Source: Rhodospirillaceae bacterium (GTDB lineage: Bacteria > Pseudomonadota > Alphaproteobacteria > Rhodospirillales > Rhodospirillaceae). Taken from it: a stretch of DNA of 64,000 bases. Below, piece by piece: positions 58,845 through 64,000 of this stretch. Position 1 is the stretch's first letter; each line of letters opens with the position of its first letter. The position numbers and the translations under genes are program-made. The stretch lies in the NCBI GenBank assembly GCA_041913245.1, contig JAYSFT010000003.1, positions 2,181 to 66,180 of the forward strand. The letters are read 5' to 3'. The notes beneath the pieces were generated by a model. That model did not search any database. It saw only the letters and a program-made list of their open reading frames with translations, and had not been told where the DNA came from.

Positions 58845-60809
58845 CTAGAAATCGGCCGCCAGCGTGGCGGTGAAACGCCGTTGGGGCAGGTACTGGAAGA
58901 AGAGGTTGTTTCCGCCCTGGAGGTCCCAGGAATAGACGTTGGTCACGTTCTGAACGCGCACACGGACATTTCCCGACACGTCCGAGACCCGGAAGCGGTA
59001 GCGGGCCCCGAGATTGAGGACCGCGCGCATCGGAATGTCGGCGCGGTTCAACGAATTGCCGTAGCCGCGGTCGTTATATTCAATCTGGCCTTCGAGCGAG
59101 AAACCCTTCCACGCCGCGGGGCCGTATTGAACGTCCAGGCGCGCGGCGCTTTCATCGCGGCCCAGGGGCACATTCCCCAACAGGCCCTGATCGACGAGCG
59201 GGCCGGACACGCGCGGCTGCAGAATGACGCCGCCCGCGACAATGTTGAGGCCCGGCAGCGGCTGGCCGGTGAAGGACACTTCCATGCCGCGCTGACGCAG
59301 ATTGCCGACGCTGGTGTAAAGGTTGGTCGTGTCGCGGTCGAAGAACGGCTTCGAGATCTGGAACAGGGCGCCGTTCATGCGCAGACCGGGACGGATCACA
59401 TACATGAAGCCGAGTTCGGCTTGCTTCGTGAGCGTCGCGGGCACGGCCTCGCCGCGGTTACGCGCGTTCTGAGGGGTCGAACCGCCGTCTTCGAAACCCT
59501 TCGTATAGCTGGTGAAGAACGTAAGATCCTGGGTCGCCTTCACCGACAGCGAGCCGTTGTAGAGCCACGGCGTCTGCTTCAGCGACGAATTCCCATTGAC
59601 CGGATGCGTCAGGTCGCGGCTGTAGGTCGTTTTCTGGATGCCGATATTCATGTCGCCGACGTTGCGCCATTGGCCGACATACTGGATACCGCCGGTCAGC
59701 TGCTTGGCGCTATCGAGGCCTTGCGCCGCGTGAACCCACACCGGCTCCTGCACCTTCAGCACGTCGTTGATGTTCGCGCGGCCATAGTTGAACTGCGCGC
59801 TGCCGCCCGAAGGACGCGAAAGCTCGCGGCCGCGGGTCATCAGGTAGACCGTATGACGGAAGTCGCCGGAGGTATAAACGCCCTGCGCCTGCACTTCGCC
59901 GGACAGGGTCTTGATCATGATCGGAAGAAGCTTCTGGAACACGACGTCGGTCGTTCCATCGGGCTGTGTATTGTTGAAGAACGTCGTGTGGTCTTCGCGG
60001 CGATCGTAGGTCGCCCGGAACAGGCCGGCGCGGAGAGTCCAATTATTGGTGAGCTTCGCCGAACCGACGGCGCCGTAATTCGTGTCGTGCTGCTGCCACA
60101 GGTTCCATTCCTGCGCGACGTTCACGCCGCGCAGTTGCTCGGGCGGCAGCCAGTCGCCGCCGACGAAAATGAACGGTGTGCTCTCGCTGTGTTTGCGCAG
60201 GGCCCGGCCCCAGAAGGCGTTGAGTTCGATCCCGTCGTTCGGCGTGAAACGCATCAGCCCCGCGTAGGAATTATCGTCGGCGTCGGCCTTCTGATCGTTG
60301 ACGGCCCGGGTATGCTCGATACCGCCGCCGATGCTGAGCTTGCCGGGAATGACCGGGATCTGCGTGTCCACCTCGAGACCCGTCGTATCGTAGGGGCCAT
60401 AGGTGGCGACAACGCTGGTCACCTGCTTGTCCATGGGCTTGCGCAGGCGGATGTCCACCACCGCGCTCGGCGCAGGGAACGGGAACGTGAGCGCGTTCAC
60501 GCCGACGCGCACGGTGAAGCCGGCGAAAAGACGGTCGACGAGGATGTCGCCCGGGCCCGTCGCAGGCCGGTCGAAATACATGCCCTCGATACGAACATTG
60601 CCCGATTGCTGCGGATTGAAGCCGCGGGCGTTCTTGGCGTCGTAAAGACCGATGGTTTCGTTGCCGACCGTCGTGCCGAACGCATCGTCGGCCGCGGCAA
60701 CCGCGTTATCGTTGGCGCGCTGCGCCCATGCACTTGAAACCCCGACGCTCGAACATCCAAGCGCAATAAAGGCCCAACGAACCAAACTCGTTCGCACGAT
60801 ATCCCCCAA
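58845..60809 (-). CDS. TonB-dependent outer-membrane receptor
   Basis: Signal-like N-terminus, a beta-barrel pattern throughout and the terminal ...RRFTATLAADF (aromatic C-terminus). The start codon is uncertain (TTG 60809 or GTG 60797). Confidence 0.8.
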   Translation of the reverse strand: MGDIVRTSLVRWAFIALGCSSVGVSSAWAQRANDNAVAAADDAFGTTVGNETIGLYDAKNARGFNPQQSGNVRIEGMYFDRPATGPGDILVDRLFAGFTVRVGVNALTFPFPAPSAVVDIRLRKPMDKQVTSVVATYGPYDTTGLEVDTQIPVIPGKLSIGGGIEHTRAVNDQKADADDNSYAGLMRFTPNDGIELNAFWGRALRKHSESTPFIFVGGDWLPPEQLRGVNVAQEWNLWQQHDTNYGAVGSAKLTNNWTLRAGLFRATYDRREDHTTFFNNTQPDGTTDVVFQKLLPIMIKTLSGEVQAQGVYTSGDFRHTVYLMTRGRELSRPSGGSAQFNYGRANINDVLKVQEPVWVHAAQGLDSAKQLTGGIQYVGQWRNVGDMNIGIQKTTYSRDLTHPVNGNSSLKQTPWLYNGSLSVKATQDLTFFTSYTKGFEDGGSTPQNARNRGEAVPATLTKQAELGFMYVIRPGLRMNGALFQISKPFFDRDTTNLYTSVGNLRQRGMEVSFTGQPLPGLNIVAGGVILQPRVSGPLVDQGLLGNVPLGRDESAARLDVQYGPAAWKGFSLEGQIEYNDRGYGNSLNRADIPMRAVLNLGARYRFRVSDVSGNVRVRVQNVTNVYSWDLQGGNNLFFQYLPQRRFTATLAADF

Positions 60810-60924
60810 AAAAGACGATCTCCGTTGGGGCTACCAATGCCATATCCAAGGGCGTCCGGCCATAGCCGCCAACCCTTTGATACTTCAAATTTTACGTGAT
60901 CAGGCCGCTTCCGCCCGGCAAGCG

Positions 60925-60948
60925 AAAAGGCCCGGATCGCTCCGGGCC
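60925..60948 (-). terminator. Rho-independent terminator after the MBL-fold gene
   Basis: Stem GGCCCGGA(60929-60936)/TCCGGGCC(60941-60948) with loop TCGC. AAAA at 60925-60928 gives the U-tract on the minus strand. Confidence 0.6.
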
Positions 60949-60958
60949 TTCTGTAACG

Positions 60959-61915
60959 TCATCGAGGAAGTTTGCCCTCGATCTCCTGGTAGACCTTGGC
61001 GACCGCCAGCGGGATTTGGGACCCGCTGAGGGCCCAGTCCTTGTAGGGCCCGAAATCGGCCTGCTTGGCCGCTTCGCAATTCTGCGGCGATTCGCACTTC
61101 GCCCCCGTTGCATGGACGCGTTTCACCTCGGCGATCACGGCTTCCAGCGCCTTGCGGGATTCGGCCAGGTCCGCCTTGAGTTCGGCCTTGCCGTCCACGA
61201 ACCCATGACCCGGGATGATCCAGTCAGCGTTCAAGGCCTCCGCCTTCCTGATGGTCGCGATCCATTCCGTCGGGTAAGCGGAGCGCATTGCCGGGAAAAC
61301 GTCGCGCAAGTAGATTTCGCCGAGGAACAGGACCTTGGTCGCCGGCAGATAAACCGCGAGATCGCCGCCGGTATGCGCGCGGCCCAGGTTCAGGATCTGG
61401 ATCTCGGTTCCGCCCACCGTCATGGCGCGCTTGTCGCTGACAAGTTCGGTCGGGAGCACGGCGTTCTTGTTGCGCTCCATTGTCGTCTTCGACGCCGGCG
61501 AAGAAATCCAGACCGCCGCCGGCCACGCGGCCTTGAGTTCCGGATTGCCGCCCACATGGTCGATATGATCGGAGCCGACCACGACATACTTCAGCGGCTG
61601 CGGGGTCAGCTTCTTGATGCTGTCAACGAGGCGTTGGCCGTCCATGGAATCGCCCTGCCCGTCCGCCAAGACCACGCCGTCGTTGGTGACGACGATCAGG
61701 CTGACGGTGTTGATCACCCCGCCGCTGGGATCGGGCGAATGGGTGTCTTCGTACGCGTAGACATTCGGCGCCAGCTGCTGCCAGCGCGGAAAACTGGCCT
61801 CGGTCAGGTTTCGCACCTTGATGTCGGCCGATTTCGGAAACTTCTCCGCCGCGAGCGCGGCCGAGGACAGCGCGACGCCGGACGCCAGCGCCAGAATCAA
61901 ACCAAGCGTTCTCAT
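60959..61915 (-). CDS. Secreted MBL-fold metallo-hydrolase
   Basis: Signal peptide MRTLGLILALASGVALSSAALAAE. VVVGSDHIDHVGGN is a variant of HxHxDH. Also GRAHTGGDLAVYLP and IIPGHGF. Start at the internal ATG 61915. Confidence 0.7.
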   Translation of the reverse strand: MRTLGLILALASGVALSSAALAAEKFPKSADIKVRNLTEASFPRWQQLAPNVYAYEDTHSPDPSGGVINTVSLIVVTNDGVVLADGQGDSMDGQRLVDSIKKLTPQPLKYVVVGSDHIDHVGGNPELKAAWPAAVWISSPASKTTMERNKNAVLPTELVSDKRAMTVGGTEIQILNLGRAHTGGDLAVYLPATKVLFLGEIYLRDVFPAMRSAYPTEWIATIRKAEALNADWIIPGHGFVDGKAELKADLAESRKALEAVIAEVKRVHATGAKCESPQNCEAAKQADFGPYKDWALSGSQIPLAVAKVYQEIEGKLPR

Positions 61916-61937
61916 CGGAACCTCCTCAGGTAAGATG

Positions 61938-62402
61938 TCAGATCGGCAATGCAGTCGTCGTCTTGATTTCGGAAACCGCGGCGAACGAGTGGACTTCACG
62001 CACACCCGGAACGCGTGACAGCTTTTCGAAATAGAATTTCTCGTATTCGTGCAAATCGTGTGTGACAACCCTCAACAGGAAATCGAAGCCGCCGAGGATG
62101 ACGTGGCATTCCATGACTTCCGGAAAGGCGCGGATCGCCTGCGCGAAGTCGTTGAGATTGGGCTGGTCGTTCTGGACCACCTTCACCTGCACGAAGAACT
62201 GGGCCCTCAGATCGAGCTTGTCGCGATCGAGCACGGCGACAATCTTCGAAATATAGCCTTCGTCCTTCAGGCGCTGGATGCGCCGCCAACATGGCGACTG
62301 CGACAGGCCCACGGCCTCGGCGATTTCCGCGGCCGAGCGCGAGGCGTCTTCCTGCAGCGTTCTTAGTATTTTTAAGTCGATTTTATCGAGTTCAGTGGCC
62401 AT
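61938..62402 (-). CDS. Lrp/AsnC-family transcriptional regulator
   Basis: LDKIDLKILRTLQEDASRSAAEIAEAVGLSQSPCWRRIQRLKDEGYI is the HTH_AsnC domain. It is followed by an RAM/ACT-like C-domain. Confidence 0.9.
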   Translation of the reverse strand: MATELDKIDLKILRTLQEDASRSAAEIAEAVGLSQSPCWRRIQRLKDEGYISKIVAVLDRDKLDLRAQFFVQVKVVQNDQPNLNDFAQAIRAFPEVMECHVILGGFDFLLRVVTHDLHEYEKFYFEKLSRVPGVREVHSFAAVSEIKTTTALPI

Positions 62403-62438
62403 GGCGGTTCCCCCTCACCAGTCACGCGTCACAACCCG

Positions 62439-63824
62439 TCAGACATGGATGCCGTGTCCAACCGTACGCAGCGCCGCCTCGAAGAAGCCTTCGGACAGCG
62501 TCGGATGGGCATGGATGATGCCGGTGATGTCTTCGATGGTCGCGCCCATCTCCAGGGCCATCGCGAATTCGCCCGAGAGTTCGGAGACCTTGCGGCCCAC
62601 CGCCTGAATGCCCAGAAGGCGGTGGTCGTCTTTGCGCGCGATCACACGGACAAAGCCGCCGTCATCGGCGCCTTCGAGCGTCATCGCACGGCCGTTCGCG
62701 GCCCATGGAAAGGAGGCGTTCAGCACTTCACCGTTCACCTTGTCGTCGGGCCCGAGGCCGACCGAGACGATTTCCGGTTCCGTGAAACAGACGGCCGGGA
62801 TCGCCACCGGATCGAACCGGCGTTTATGACCGGCGATGATTTCGGCAACCATTTCGCCTTGCGCGGAGGCCTTGTGCGCGAGCATGGGCTCGCCGACGAG
62901 GTCGCCGATGGCCCATACGCCGCGCATCGAGGTGCGGCACTGGTCATCGACCTTCACGAAGCGGCCGTTCATATCAACGCCCATGCCTTCAAGGCCCCAG
63001 CCCTGCGTGCGCGGCTTGCGGCCGACGGCGACGAGAACCTTATCGGCCTTGATCTCGGACTTTTTGCCGTCCGGGCCTTCGACCGTGAGCGCGCCTTTGG
63101 CGAAACCTTGCGCCTTCGTGCCGGTGAGCACTTCGACGCCGTTCTTCTTCAGCCACTGGGCGACCGGATTGGTGAGTTGCTTGTCGTAGCTTGGAAGAAT
63201 GCGGTCAGCCGCCTCCACCACCGTCACTTCGGCCCCGAGCTTGCGATAGGCGATGCCGAGTTCGAGACCGATGTAACCGGCGCCCACGACCGCCAGGCGT
63301 TTCGGCAACGCCGGCAAATCGAGCGCGCCGGTCGAGGAGATGATGTCCCCGCCGAACGGAAGATGCGGCAGTTCCACCGGATCGGAGCCCGTCGCGAGAA
63401 TGACGTTCTCGGCGATGATGGTGGCTTCGCCGACCGTGCAGGTCTTCGCGTCGGAGAATTTGGCCCAGCCGCCGACCACGCGCACCTTCGCGCGTTTCAG
63501 GAGCGCGCCGACCCCGTTGTTCAGGCGGTCGACGATGCCTTCCTTCCACTTCACGGTCTTGCCGAGATCGAGCTTCGGCGGCCCGGCGAGAGAGATTCCC
63601 ACATGGCCGTCCTTCGACGAGGCGTGGGTCATTTCCTCGAACATATCCGCGGCGTGGATGATCGCCTTCGAGGGGATACAGCCGCGAATGAGACAGGTGC
63701 CGCCGAGGCGGTCGCCATCGACCAAAATCGTGTCCAACCCGAGTTGACCGGCTTTGATCCCCGCGACATATCCGCCGGGACCGCCGCCGACAATGAGAAC
63801 CTTACATTTCAGTGTCTCAGTCAT
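62439..63824 (-). CDS. lpdA: Dihydrolipoyl dehydrogenase (E3)
   Basis: VLIVGGGPGGYVAGIKAGQLG, the redox-active disulfide GGTCLIRGCIPSK, VVGAGYIGLELG, and the C-terminal HAHPTLSEGFFEA. Confidence 0.95.
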   Translation of the reverse strand: MTETLKCKVLIVGGGPGGYVAGIKAGQLGLDTILVDGDRLGGTCLIRGCIPSKAIIHAADMFEEMTHASSKDGHVGISLAGPPKLDLGKTVKWKEGIVDRLNNGVGALLKRAKVRVVGGWAKFSDAKTCTVGEATIIAENVILATGSDPVELPHLPFGGDIISSTGALDLPALPKRLAVVGAGYIGLELGIAYRKLGAEVTVVEAADRILPSYDKQLTNPVAQWLKKNGVEVLTGTKAQGFAKGALTVEGPDGKKSEIKADKVLVAVGRKPRTQGWGLEGMGVDMNGRFVKVDDQCRTSMRGVWAIGDLVGEPMLAHKASAQGEMVAEIIAGHKRRFDPVAIPAVCFTEPEIVSVGLGPDDKVNGEVLNASFPWAANGRAMTLEGADDGGFVRVIARKDDHRLLGIQAVGRKVSELSGEFAMALEMGATIEDITGIIHAHPTLSEGFFEAALRTVGHGIHV

Positions 63825-63826
63825 GA

Positions 63827-64000
63827 TTACCGCATGAAAATGGTTGCGGGATGCTCAAGCATCGCCTTGATGGTCTGGATAAAACTCGCCGCGTCGAAGC
63901 CGTCGATGATGCGGTGATCGAACGACGAGGAAATGTTCATCATCTTGCGGATGGCGACCTGCCCGTTCCGCACCACCGGCCGTTCGACGATCTTGTTGGG
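63827..64000 (-). CDS. 2-oxoacid dehydrogenase E2 (dihydrolipoamide acyltransferase), C-terminal end (gene continues beyond the window)
   Basis: The reverse strand reads PNKIVERPVVRNGQVAIRKMMNISSSFDHRIIDGFDAASFIQTIKAMLEHPATIFMR*. It contains the catalytic DHRxxDG motif. Its stop is 2 nt before the lpdA start. Confidence 0.85.
   Translation of the reverse strand, partial: PNKIVERPVVRNGQVAIRKMMNISSSFDHRIIDGFDAASFIQTIKAMLEHPATIFMR

Noticed and set aside
1-64000. Mobile genetic element, prophage or genomic island boundaries
   Set aside because: No integrase, transposase, tRNA gene, IS-type inverted repeats or phage structural genes were seen. The only repeats are short REP-like elements and tandem arrays.

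Overview
GC-rich chromosomal window from an alphaproteobacterium, assigned on the presence of the class-specific PhyR-NepR-EcfG system. I saw no rRNA, tRNA, CRISPR array, transposase or integrase. All start codons and motif coordinates were picked by eye, and nothing was searched against databases. Many long ORFs in the track are antisense or alternate-frame artefacts of the high GC content.

Layout:
- (i) 1-7.6 kb: a compact general stress response (GSR) island. It holds phyR, ecfG and nepR plus small stress genes (DUF883, DUF3309, sodB, DUF1328, entericidin, CsbD, an SH3 protein). At least eight EcfG-type promoter motifs (GGAAC-N16/17-CGTT) lie in it.
- (ii) 7.8-22.3 kb: mixed accessory genes. 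These are a single-domain response regulator, a FAD/Rieske oxidoreductase, two polytopic membrane proteins, an HWE-kinase remnant, a GAF protein, LysR plus three tandem secreted amidases, a PEP-CTERM protein and an XRE regulator. A striking array of 12 same-strand TGTCGC repeats sits here too.
- (iii) 23.1-34.3 kb: glycogen cluster (glgC, glgA-glgP, glgB-glgX-malQ).
- (iv) 35.5-49.3 kb: the most interesting part. A tightly packed minus-strand operon encodes an EB_dh-like c-type cytochrome, an MtrA/MtoA/PioA-like decahaem cytochrome (10 CXXCH), an MtrB/PioB-like porin, DUF1800 and DUF1501. It is divergent from a cytochrome b561 gene. Three secreted proteins flank it and share an apparently uncharacterised two-domain Cys-terminated module. 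An ECF sigma/anti-sigma pair lies next door, and its putative promoter motif recurs in front of one of those genes.
- (v) 49.3-61.9 kb: further envelope genes. These are a DUF1329/DUF1302 pair, a nitroreductase, a TonB-dependent receptor, and an operon of a hypothetical protein, a DUF1592-family protein, DUF1552 and a COG4315-repeat protein, followed by an MBL hydrolase.
- (vi) 61.9-64 kb: Lrp regulator, lpd and the 3' end of a 2-oxoacid dehydrogenase E2 gene.
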